Source: Anaeramoeba ignava BMAN
Lineage: Eukaryota; Protista; Anaeramoebae
Reading direction: 5' to 3'
Assembly (NCBI GenBank): GCA_028826165.1
Contig: JAPDFW010000057.1
Span: 496,001 to 560,000 of the forward strand
Length of the DNA stretch: 64,000 nucleotides
A program made the position numbers and the translations under genes. Below are positions 12,401 to 23,717 of the stretch, piece by piece. Each line of letters starts with the position of its first letter. The stretch's first letter is position 1. Below the pieces are notes generated by a model. It was not told where the DNA came from and did not search any database. It worked only from the letters and a program-made list of their open reading frames with translations.

Positions 12401-15400
12401 ATTTTTTCGATCCAAAATTTTTAGAATTGAAGAAAAATATTCTGCCACTTGCTCTACCTTCTGTTGATTATGGAATAAATCCAAATTTTGAGCAAGTACT
12501 TGATCAAATTTCCGAATTGATCGAGCATGAAAACATAGAAAGTATTATTGTTACGAAAATAGAATGGATGGTTCAACAAGAAGAAGAAAAACAAGAAAAA
12601 CAAGAAGAAGAAGAAGAAGAAAAATTTGTGAAAGAAATTCAAAATGGAAAAATGAGTTGGGAACAAATTTTTCGTCATTTCCCTGGAAACATTTCATTCT
12701 TAAGGTTTATATATAATCTGTTTCTAGGCAAAATTGGCAGTGTTTTTGTGATATTGTCAAACAGCTTGCACGTTAATTTAAACTTCATGTTTAATTTGCC
12801 AAAAGAAGAAGATGAGCATTCGATGATCAGTCAAGTTCTGAAAAAAATTTCTTCTTTATTTTTGGAGGAATTCAAATTTCCTTATAAGAACTCGTTGATC
12901 CAAAATGTGTTTCAAAATTTACAATTTCCCTTTTCTTTTGAAATTTATTCTCTTATCGAAGCAAGATCTTCAATATATTCACGAGAAAACAAATTTTTAG
13001 ATACATTTACCAATAAATCATTCAGTCAAATTCTGGAATGGATAAATTTCAAATCTGAAGAAAGAGAAGTCAATCAAAATGAAATTATCCACAAAATTAT
13101 TAGTCGATATTTTCACGATATTCTAGTATTTTCGTTTGGAGAGAAGATTGGCAGAATGATATTTGACATCAAAACAAATTTTTTTGATTTTTTAAAAAGA
13201 TTCACAAATAAGGAAATAGAGGACACAACGTTCAAGGAAATGCACATTATTTTGTCTAAAAAATTGAAAAGGGATATTTTTGGAATTGGAAAAATTGAAA
13301 AGAATTTTAGGTTGTTAGCACAAAAAAATGAGAAATTAATGAAGTTATATGTTCAAACAAAGAGCGTGAATGAATTTTTGTTTTTCTCGTTCATTCAGAA
13401 TTATATAAAGGCTTTCTATTCCATTCTATTAAACAAAAACGACATGGAAATGAAAAAAATGGCCAGTAATTTGATTGTTCAATCACACGAAAATTTCCAA
13501 AAATTATTGCTATTTTTCATCAAAACTATGGAAAATAGAGATCAAAAGGAGAATGTGATCAAAATACTCAACTCAACTTATCATTGGAATCAAGTTTTGA
13601 TTTTGAGGGAATTATTTTTCTGTTTTGTGGAAGTTTTTGAATTCGAATTATCAAAAGAGAAAACAAATTATTTTGTTTCTGTCTTGGAGGATATGACGTT
13701 TAAATCTGAGGATGTCTTGAAGTTATTTGTTCCAAATGTTTTCCAGGAATATTACATTAGATTGAAATATCAAGTACTTCCTGTTATTAAATTTCGGCCA
13801 TCTTTCCCACTCAATTTAGTAAATATGGGCAGTATGATTTTCCTATCGAAATTTATGAAAGAGAATTTGCTGGAAAATCAACAAAAAATCTCATTTGATG
13901 GTGAAGAGGAAAACAAAGAACAAAAGCAGCAAATTCTGCAACGTAATATAAAGAGAAAAGAGGATTTCTGCAAGAAAATCTCTATTTTTTCTTCTTGGTT
14001 TTTTGAAAATGTTGGCGCTATTATGGCAGAACATATTTTTATTGAATACCACTTGTCAAAAAATAACGCAGTTGAAAATATTAAGCATCTTGTTGAGATG
14101 CTAATACAGAACAAAGAAAAGCAAGAAATGGAAAATCTAGGTATCAAAAACTATGAAGTTGCGATTTTTGGATTCAATTTTTTGGTTCGCAAATTAATCG
14201 CAATTCTAAAAAGAAAACCCAAAATCATCGGAATTATCGATATTTTCAATCATTTCCTTGGTAAAGTTGATTTGGACAAAAATGAAATTTCTTCCACTTT
14301 TGTTGTTTCTTGTTTACAAGTATTACTTTCTCAAAAAGAGTTGTTTCCCCAAAGAAAAGAGGATTATACAGTTAATAGATGAAATTTCTCCATTAGAATT
14401 ATTCCAAAATGATCTAAATTTCGAGAAGATCCAAAAAATTGTTAATTTTAGATCATTTTGTATTGAAGATCCCAATCAAGTAATTGCCCAATATGCGGAT
14501 TTTTTGGAAACTGAAAAAGGAGATCATTTCCTCAAATTTATGTGCGATTCAATATATAAAACAGAAGGATATTCAGCACTTATTAAATTTGCAAAAAAGA
14601 ATCTTATGACTTTCAAACAAAATCAATTACTGAAAGAAATTGTTTCTCAAAACCATTCTCTTTTCTTTCCTTCCAAAATGAAAATGAGTGAAAAAGAACC
14701 AGAAAAACAAAGTTTAGTTGAAATTTTCCAACAAAAAGTGCAGGGTTCTCAAAATCAAAATACTGCCAAATATGAAAGTGAAATTTCAATTTTTCAAAAA
14801 ATATACGATTCTTTCGAGATTTTCGAAAAGAAAATTGAAAAAAAAGAAATCTTGTGTTTGTTATTTCATGCAATAGAAGTGGTTTGGATGATTAATTTCG
14901 AACCTTTAAAAACCTTACTTTCTGAAGATATACTGCAAGATCCAAAAGATCCAAAAGCACAAGAAGTGATAAAACAATTAGGTAAAATTTATTGGCCAGG
15001 AATTCCTGATTTAAAATTCTCGTTTTTATTTCAAGAAGGATTGAATAAATGGATGAAATGTCCAACAGATCATCTTTGCTATTTGAACAACGAGAATGAA
15101 AAAAAACCGGATTTAGTTTGTTTTGGATGTGGAAAAAGAATGGACAAAGACTTAATTAATGAATTGGCAAATAATTCGAAGAATGAAAACCAGAAAAATA
15201 TTATGTATGAATTAGCTTATGAATACTCAGTTTGGCATGAAGAAAATGGGGAATATCAAGAAGATCAAGAATTATTAGCCAAAGGTTTAAGAAACTTGTC
15301 TCCAATTTCATTTGTTTTGATCAGAATAATTACAAACTCTGTTATTCTTTGTATGTCAATATTAAGTGAAAATTTTGTGAATAATTTCTTTGTTTTATTG

Positions 15401-18206
15401 GAGATTGAAAATCAAGCAAATCAAGAACACTTCATTGAGTTTTTGCAAAGAAAATTGGTGAATGATTTCAATTTCTTACGACAAATTTTGGATTTATCAT
15501 CATATGATGATGCATTGCGTTATTTGCATAGTTTTCTTATTTTAATGGAAAAGGTTCAAAAAAGAGATGGAATTGAAAAAGTTCAAGAAAGAGATGAAAT
15601 TGAAAAAGAATTTGAGGAAATGGTGAATCAAAAAAAATTCAAAATCAGACAAAATATTGAATTGCAAGAAAATAATCCTTCTAAGAAATGGGAAACAAAA
15701 ACTTTATTTTGGCCATTGATTCAATATGAAAAAATCACTTATCCCAAATTTATTTTTTCTTTGGAGCAATATTTAATGAAAAAAGAAGGTTTTCCTTTCA
15801 TTAATTTTGTGGTTGAACATTGGGATATGTTATCAATACTTCATTTATTTGCAGGATTTTGGAATTTTGCTTCTTATATTTTTGATCAAATCAACACGGA
15901 AATATCATATAAAAAGGCCAAAGAAACAAAAATATCGACTTTAATCAATCAAGAAAAAAATCAGAAAAAAAAAGATTTACTAAATCAATGGTATAATGAT
16001 TTCGAGTTATTTTGGAATATTGCAAGAAGAGATGTGAAAAAATTATTGAATTATTCAGGAACTAAGAAAAAGGATCCAATTAATATCAAAAAAATGGATA
16101 AAAATCTTGAAGTTGCATTTTGTTTATTTGGAATGAAAAATTTATTTATTTCAATTCAAGATCTAATTACATATTCGGTATCAATTCATAATAATCTCAT
16201 CCAAAAATTTACAAATGAAAAAGGGGATTCTTCTGTGATGATTGAATCTAAAAAATTGGAAGGAATAAGAATTGAAGAAGATGTTTTATATTTTCCTTTT
16301 CAAGATGAAGATAATAATTTTGTTAAAGTTATTAACATTGATTCAAATGAAATTCTTTTTTTTATTGAGGATCATGAAATAAGTGAACAATTCCTTCCAA
16401 TTTTGGAAAATTATTTATTAGGAAGATTGGAAAAATCATTACATTTCATAAAGATTAATTGGAGAATAAATTTCAGAATTTTTAGTAGAGGTTTTAATGA
16501 TTTAAGTTTGAGTTTAGAAGATCATATTTGGAAACAATTTATATTAAAACAATTTTCAAAAGATTTGAAAGATGCCAAAGGAATTGAAAATCAATTTGAA
16601 TTTGAAAATGAATTTGAATTTGAAAATCAATTTAGAAATGAAAATGAATTTGAATTTGAAAATCAATTTAAAAATGAAAATCAATTTAAAAATGAAAATA
16701 ATAATAATGATAATAATGATAATAATGAAAATCAAAATCAAAATCAAAATCAAAATCAATTTAAAAATGAAAATGATAATAATGATAATAATGATAATAA
16801 TAATAATAATGATAATAATGAAAATGAAAATGAAAATGAAAATGAAAATCAATTTGGAAATCAATAAAATGAAAAATTTGAAAAAAAAATGAAAATGAAA
16901 ATGAAAATGAAAATCAAAAATTTGGAAATCAATTTGAAAATGAAAATGAAAATGAAAATGAAAATCAATTTAAAGATGCCAAAGGAATTAAAAATCAATT
17001 TGAAAATGAAAATCAATTTGAAAATGAAAATCAAAATGAAAATGAAAATCAAAATGAAAATCAAAATCAAAATCAAAATCAAAATCAAAATCAAAATCAA
17101 AATGAAAATCAATTTAGAAATGAAAATGAATTTGAATTTGAAAATCAATTTAGAATTGAAAATCAATTTGAATTTGAAAATCAATTTGAAAATGAAAATC
17201 AAAATCAATTTGAAAATGAAAATCAAAATCAATTTAAAAATGAAAATGATAATAATGATAATAATGATAATAATTATAATAATGATAATAATGAAAATCA
17301 ATTTAAAGATGAAAATGGAAATGAAAATGAAAATGAATTTGAAAATCAATTTGAAAATGAAAATGAAAATCAAAATCAATTTGAAAATGAAAATCAAAAT
17401 CAAAATCAATTTGAAATGAAATGAAAATGAAAATGAAAATCAAAATCAAAATCAAAATCAATTTGAAAATGAAAATCAAAATCAAAATCAAAATCAATTT
17501 AATAATGGAAATCAATTTGAAAATCAAAATCAAAATCAAAATGAAAATCAAAATGAAAATCAATTTCAAAATCAAAATGAAAATCAAAATCAAAATCAAA
17601 ATGAAAATGAAAATCAAAATCAATTTGAAAATCAAAATGAAAATGAAAATGATAATAATGATAATAATGATAATAATGAAAATCAAAATGAAAATGAAAA
17701 TGAAAATGAAAATGAAAATGAAAATGAATTTGAAAATCAATTTGAAAATGAAAATCAAAATCAAAATCAAAATCAAAATCAAAATCAAAATCAAAATCAA
17801 AGTCAAAATGAAAATGAAAATCAATTTGAAAATGAAAATGGAAATGAAAATCAATTTGAAAATGAAAATCAATTTGAAAATCAATTTGAAAATGAAAATG
17901 AAAATGAAAATCAATTTGAAAATCAAAATGAAAATCAATTTAAAAATGGAAATGAAAATGATAATAATGATAATAATGAAAATCAATTTGAAAATGAAAA
18001 TGAAAATCAAAATCAATTTGAAAATGAAAATCAAAATCAAAATCAAAATCAATTTGAAAATGAAAATCAAAATCAAAATGAAAATGAAAATCAAAATTAA
18101 TTTGGGAAATTTGTTTATGTTTTATTCTCAAAATAATAAAATTAAAAAGAATTTCTTAAAGTGGAATAAACTGGAAAAAAAAAGAAATTTTTTGGATTTA
18201 AATTGA
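3421..18206 (+). CDS. Giant RNF213/mysterin-like multi-AAA+ protein (~4,900 codons), interrupted by frame breaks in this sequence
   Basis: Consecutive ORFs 3421-3711, 3708-7577, 7610-8245, 7999-14382 and 14258-16867 carry RNF213-type motifs in the expected order: SEFSGSGKT, YRLTSENLLKM..PVILIGKVGSGK, YQVHPFP, FSLRDV, SLRENMF..KIPLFLV, MQCSSST, FGNADFYYLLK, RVNPKFR, an RZ-like CPTDH..CFGC and LSPISFVLIRII. The 3' end, inside the E/N/Q repeat, is uncertain (16867-18206). Confidence 0.8.
7359..7510 (+). repeat. Perfect (AATTCA)n microsatellite encoding poly-(Asn-Ser)
   Basis: About 25 uninterrupted hexamer copies, in frame within the RNF213-like ORF. Confidence 0.95.
16580..18100 (+). repeat. 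Compound low-complexity tract (GAAAAT/CAAAAT/CAATTT/GATAAT), probably an E/N/Q/F-rich C-terminal tail
   Basis: Starts in frame in ORF 14258-16867 and contains an internal re-duplication of the AAAGATGCCAAAGGAATT block near 16568 and 16972. Confidence 0.9.
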
Positions 18207-18266
18207 TGAAAAAAATAAATTCCAAATTCTTTTTAATTTTGTTTTGTTTTGTTTTATTTTTTATCA

Positions 18267-19551
18267 TTAGCAACATTTTTGCTTGTTTAAATTTTGATTA
18301 TCTGAAATAAATTCAATAACTTGTTCAGAAACTTTTGAATGTCTTTCAAAACCTTTATTTGCTAATTCAATAAAAACATCATCTAAATTACTAAAATTTT
18401 TAGCACTTGTTTCAAAAGTACGAATATTTGAATTTTTTAAACTCCAATTTTTAATTTCTTCTTCAGTAATCTTTAAAATGAAAAATTTTTAAAATCGGAA
18501 AAAAAAATTGATTTAAATTTTAAATTAAATTTTGAATTAATTTTAAATTAAATTTTGTAATAAATTTTGAATAAATTTTGTAATAGTTTATTTACAACTC
18601 TTTGTTCTTTTAAATCAATCTTATTAGCAATTACAACAAATGGAAATGATTCTGAATCTTCTGGTTCTGAATGTTGAAGAAAATCTTCTTTCCATTTTGA
18701 TAATCCATCAAATGATTCTCTATTAGTAACATCAAAAACTAAAGCACAACAATCCGATCCTCTATAATAAGAATGATTTAAACTTTGAAATCTTTCTTGA
18801 CCTGAAGAAAATTTGATGAAGAAATTTTAATAGAAATTTTTAATATAAATTTGATGAAGAAATTTTAATAAATGGATTTTTTTCTTTCGTTTTTTATTAT
18901 TATCATTATTCAAACCTGCTGTATCCCAAATCTTTGTTTTGTTTTGTTTTGTTTTGTTTTGTTTTGTTTTGTTTTGTTTTGTTTTGTTTTGTTTTGTTTT
19001 ATTTTGTTTTGTTTTATTTTATTTTTTTGGATTAAAAAATTTTTCGAAAAATTAAAAATTAAGAAAAAATTTTTTTTTGCTTTTTTTCTTTTTTAATTTT
19101 TAATTTTTTGATCTTACTTGTAAATCAATTTGATTTTCATCAATCTTTTTTATTTATTTTTTTTTGATTTGTTTTTTGCATTTGATTTATTTTTTATATT
19201 TTATTTTTTTAGAAAAAAAACAAACAAATTTCTTTCAATTTAAATATTTTTTTTTTTGGTTTTTTCTTTCAATTAAAATTTTAAAAAATACTGTAATTTT
19301 TTTATTTAGAAAATCTGCACCTATTGTTGTTTTATATTCTTCTTGAAAACGTTGATTAACATAACTATGAATTAAAGATGTTTTACCAACTCTAAAAAAT
19401 TGAATAAATAAATTTCATTTTTTAAAATTTAAAAATAAATTTCATTTTTTAAAATTTAAAAATAAATTTCATTTTTTAAAGAATAATAATTTAAAAATTT
19501 AATTAATAACCCCATATCTCCAAGTAAAATAATTTTAATTGAAAGTTCCAT
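18267..19551 (-). CDS. RAB7: Rab7-family small GTPase, 6 exons; missed by the ORF track
   Basis: Spliced translation: [14 protein letters not shown]|[21 protein letters not shown]|IDENQIDLQ|IWDTAG|[26 protein letters not shown]|..FETSAK..KQKCC*. Five GT-AG introns and a C-terminal CC prenylation motif. Confidence 0.9.
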
Positions 19552-19767
19552 TAATAAAATTTTTGGAAAGCAAAAGAAAAAAAAAGAAAAAGAAAAAGAA
19601 AAAATGAAAAATGATTTTTTTCAAATTTTTTATTATCAAAAAAAAAGGAATTTTATTAAATTTTTTGGAAATATTCATTAAGATTATTTTCCGTTATTAT
19701 AATTGTTGTTTCCTATTAAAAAAAATGAAATGAAATGAAAAACGGAAATAATTTTCTTAATTTTCTT

Positions 19768-21408
19768 TTAATTCAATAAAATATCTTCTTGTTGATTATT
19801 TTGATTATTATTTTGATTATTATTTTGATTATTTTCTTGGATTAATAAAGAACCATCTAATATTCTTTGTATTGTAAGATTTGGATTTAATGTTCTTAAT
19901 AAATCTTCTCGAATAATATTTTCTGAAATTTGAGGAAAAATTTCTTGAATTTGTTGAATCATTGAATTAAAATTTGGATTTTGACTTAATCGATTTAAAA
20001 GATATTGATTTTGATTTAGATTTTGATTTTGATTTCTATTTAGATTTAGATTTCTATTTAAACGTTGATTTAAATTTAAACGTTGATTTAGATTTAAACT
20101 TTGATTTTGATTTAAATTTTGATTTTGATTTAAATTTTGATTTTGATTTTGATTTTGATTTTGATTTTGATTTCTGGCTTCGAAAACAACATTGAAATCT
20201 ACTTGATTTGGAATGATAATATTTATGAGAAAAACAAATAATTTTTTAATTAAAGAACCAATATAAATTGCTAATTGAAAAAGTTGATTTAAATTTTGAT
20301 TTTGATTTTGATTTTGATTTTGATTTTCTTGATTTTCTTGATTTTGATTTTGATTTTCATTCTTTTTTTGATTTAATGGTTTTCTACATGTCGGACAAAT
20401 TTGTTTCTGTTGAATCCATTCTTGTATACAATCAACATGAAAATAATGACCACAATCAAGTCTTATTGTATTATCAACAAGATCTTCTCGACAAATTGTA
20501 CAAATTTCTTTCATTTTTTGAAGTTCCTCTTTTGTTGGAGTGTAAAATTTTGTTTGAATTGATTCCATTGCGTCTTTTAAAATTTTATATTTTTGTTTTT
20601 TAGTACGCATTTGAACAATTGTGTTTCTCAATTTTGCCAAATTAAGATATTGACTGAATGATAAAAATCCTGTGATAAAAAGAAGAATGACAATTTTGAA
20701 CAAAATCAAAGAAATCAAAATCCAATCACTAATCAAATCAACAAACATTGATTTCTTCTTTGATTTTTGGAAATTTGTTTTGTGAGTAAAAATATCCCAC
20801 AAATAAAAACAATCTTGCAACATTGGATCTACAATAAAAACAAATAGCATTAATGATTCATAAAGAAATAGGGACAAAATCAATAGACCAGCATTTTTAA
20901 AGGATTTGAAAGCGATTACAAAAAGAACCAAATTGACGATGAATAAACCAAACAAAACAAGAAGAAAGTAAATCAAATTTCTTGTAGAAGTGTCATTAAT
21001 TGAATTAATTTCCTCAAATCGATCCTTAATAAACCCCGCAAATAACTTAAGCAATCCATAAAACAAAAACCAAATTGACCAAATGAAAAATTCTTCATTT
21101 CCAGCCTTAATCATTGCAATTATAAAAATAAAATTTTCAAATGTATATGTTATTGTTCTTGCTAATAACCGATGTGAAACTGCTTGTGAAAAATTGCGAA
21201 AAAATATTATCATTATTAAAGCTCCCATAAAAATTATCAAAGACATTGTTGTGTGAAGTAACATTAACATCGTCATTTTGTTGTAAAATAAATTTGTAAT
21301 TCCTTCTGCTAAATTTGGTGATTTTCTAAGTGTTGTGAAAATAAAATTAAATACAGCTGAAAACCCTAAAATTATAAATGAGGCAATTAAAACAAATCTT
21401 GAAACCAT
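19768..21408 (-). CDS. AMFR: gp78/AMFR-like (HRD1 family) multi-pass ERAD E3 ligase with RING-H2 and CUE domains
   Basis: Hydrophobic N-terminal half, RING-H2 CTICRED..CGHYFHVDCIQEW..CPTCR, C-terminal CUE-like IQEIFPQISENIIREDL..TIQRIL. Confidence 0.8.
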   Translation of the reverse strand: MVSRFVLIASFIILGFSAVFNFIFTTLRKSPNLAEGITNLFYNKMTMLMLLHTTMSLIIFMGALIMIIFFRNFSQAVSHRLLARTITYTFENFIFIIAMIKAGNEEFFIWSIWFLFYGLLKLFAGFIKDRFEEINSINDTSTRNLIYFLLVLFGLFIVNLVLFVIAFKSFKNAGLLILSLFLYESLMLFVFIVDPMLQDCFYLWDIFTHKTNFQKSKKKSMFVDLISDWILISLILFKIVILLFITGFLSFSQYLNLAKLRNTIVQMRTKKQKYKILKDAMESIQTKFYTPTKEELQKMKEICTICREDLVDNTIRLDCGHYFHVDCIQEWIQQKQICPTCRKPLNQKKNENQNQNQENQENQNQNQNQNQNLNQLFQLAIYIGSLIKKLFVFLINIIIPNQVDFNVVFEARNQNQNQNQNQNQNLNQNQNLNQNQSLNLNQRLNLNQRLNRNLNLNRNQNQNLNQNQYLLNRLSQNPNFNSMIQQIQEIFPQISENIIREDLLRTLNPNLTIQRILDGSLLIQENNQNNNQNNNQNNQQEDILLN

Positions 21409-21584
21409 TTTTATTTTTATTTTTAAAAAAAAAATTGGAAAGTCGAAAAAATATAAAAGAAAAAAATGAAAAAAAATTTAATAATTATTTTTTATTTAAA
21501 TTGAAAAAAATGATTTTTGTTTTGTTTTCTTTAAAAAAAAATATAAAAAAAATGGATAATAATAATAATAATATTATTATTATT

Positions 21585-23575
21585 CTATTGAGTTCTTGGT
21601 ATTTGAGGTGATTGACGAGATTGTTGCATTCCCATTGGATTAGGTATTCCCATTTGAGGTATTTGTGGTCTTGGAGGAAAAGCACCTCTCATTGGCTAAA
21701 TATTAAAAATTCAAATTAAATATTTCAATCCAAATCAAATATTTCAATCCAAATCAAATATTTCAATTTCAAATCAAATATTTCAATTTAAATCAAATAT
21801 TTTAATTTATATTTTAATTTATATTTTAATTTTAATTTTAATTTTAATTTCAAATCAAATATTTCAATCCAAAAATTATTTTAATTTTAATTTCAATTTT
21901 AATTTTAAATAAAATTTACCATAATTGGTTGTTGAAAACCCATTTGAGGCACTTTTTTTTTGTGTTTTTTTTTATAAAAAAAAAAGAAGAATATAAATTA
22001 AGTATTAAATTAATAAATTAAAATTTAAATAAAAATTGTTTTTTACTTCTTCCTCTTGGAAATGGTTGTTGAATTGTAGGTGGAATTGTATGTTGTATTG
22101 TTTGATGTTGTGGTGTCATAACTCCAAGTGTAGGTCCTCCTATTCCTCTTATTGGACCTTGTAACATTGATGGTTGTGTTACAAGAGGTGTTGGCATTCC
22201 TTTATAAATTTAAATTATAAAGTATTATTAAAACTTGAATTTAATTTAAAAATTGAATTTAATTTAAAACTTGAATTTAATTTTAAAATTGAATTTAAAA
22301 CTTGAATTAAATTTAAAAATTGAATTGAATTTAAAACTTGAATTAAATTTAAACTTGAATTTAATTTAAAACTGAATTAAATTTAAAACTTGAATTTAAA
22401 TTAAAATTGAATTTAATTTAAAATTGAATTTAATTTAAAACTTGAATTTAAATTTAATTTAAAAATTGAATTTAAAACTTGAATTTAATTTAAAACTTGA
22501 ATTTAATTTAAAACTTGAATTTAATTTAAAACTTGAATTTAATTTAAATTTGAATTTAATTTAAAACTTGAATTAAATTTAAAACTTGAATTTAATTTAA
22601 AACTTGAATTTAAATTAAAACTTGAATTTAATTTAATTTAAACTTGAATTTAATTTAAAACTTGATTTGAGTTTAAAACTTGAATTAAATTTAAACTTGA
22701 ATTGAATTTAATTTAAAACTTGAATTTAATTTAAAAATTGAATTTAATTTAAAACTTGAATTTAATTTAAAACTTGAATTTAATTTAAACTTGAATTTAA
22801 TTTAAACTTGAATTAAATTTAAACTTGAATTTAATTTAAAACTTGAATTTAATTTAAAACTTGAATTTAATTTAAAACTTGAATTTAATTTAAAACTTGA
22901 ATTTAATTTAAAAATTGAATTTAATTTAAAACTTGAATTAAATTTAAAACTTGAATTAAATTTAAAACTTGAATTTAATTTAAACTTGAATTTAAAACTT
23001 GAATTGAATTAAACTTGAATTGAATCAATTTTAATTGAATTGATTTGAATTTAATTAATGAAAATTGTAAAAAAAAAAGGATTAATTACCTCTTCCAACA
23101 GCTTTTGCAATTCCTTCAGGTTTTTTTTGAGATTGTAATTTTGTTGTTTGTGTCTAATAAATAATAAATTAAAAATAATAAATTAAAAATAATAAATTAA
23201 AATTATAAAAATATCTTTCTTAAAAAAAATATTCACAAACCTCTTGCGGTGGAGGACTTTCAATAGAAATAGAAACAATAGTTTCTCCACGCAAAATTAA
23301 TAAACCAAGTGTTCTTTTCTCTTCTTTTATTTCTTTTTGACCTTTTTTAGGTTTTATTCTTCTAAATTCTTCACAATCTCCAAGAACAATATTCATATGT
23401 CTATCAAATGCAAGAAATTGACCAACAAGAGTTCTTTTTCCAACAGTAACTCTTATTTTACTTTTTAAATGACGACTTAATTTATTTCTTCCAAGAACTT
23501 CTGCCTTTTATTTATTTTAATTTATAATTTTAATTTATTTTATTTTTATTAATTTTAAAAAATAAATCAAACCAT
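21585..23575 (-). CDS. SNRPB: Sm core protein B/B', 6 exons (first coding exon is the ATG only); missed by the ORF track
   Basis: Spliced translation: M|AEVLGRNKL..IRVTVGKRTLVGQFLAFDRHMNIVLGDCEEFRR..EEKRTLGLLILRGETIVSISIESPPP|..AVGRG|MP.. followed by a Pro/Gln/Met-rich tail ending at TAG 21587-21585. Confidence 0.93.
22205..23060. repeat. Intronic ~18-nt degenerate tandem repeat (TTGAATTTAATTTAAAAC) filling SmB intron 3
   Basis: Read directly from the sequence. Confidence 0.9.
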
Positions 23576-23717
23576 TATGTATTTTTTATTATATTTTTTA
23601 TTGTATTTTTTAAAAATGGAAAAAATGAAAAAATGAAAATTTTTAATTCTAAAAAAAAAAATTTTATTTATTTGTTTATTCGTTCTTCTTTTCTTTTCTT
23701 TTCTTTTTGTTTTGATT

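Noticed and set aside
16556-18206. ORFs of MKMKIK, ILILIF and NFNF type here and at 7255-7641, 28514, 32452, 37236-37449, 37843, 39640-40138, 51576-53292 and 56969
   Set aside because: They are off-frame or antisense read-through of stop-free microsatellites, not genes.
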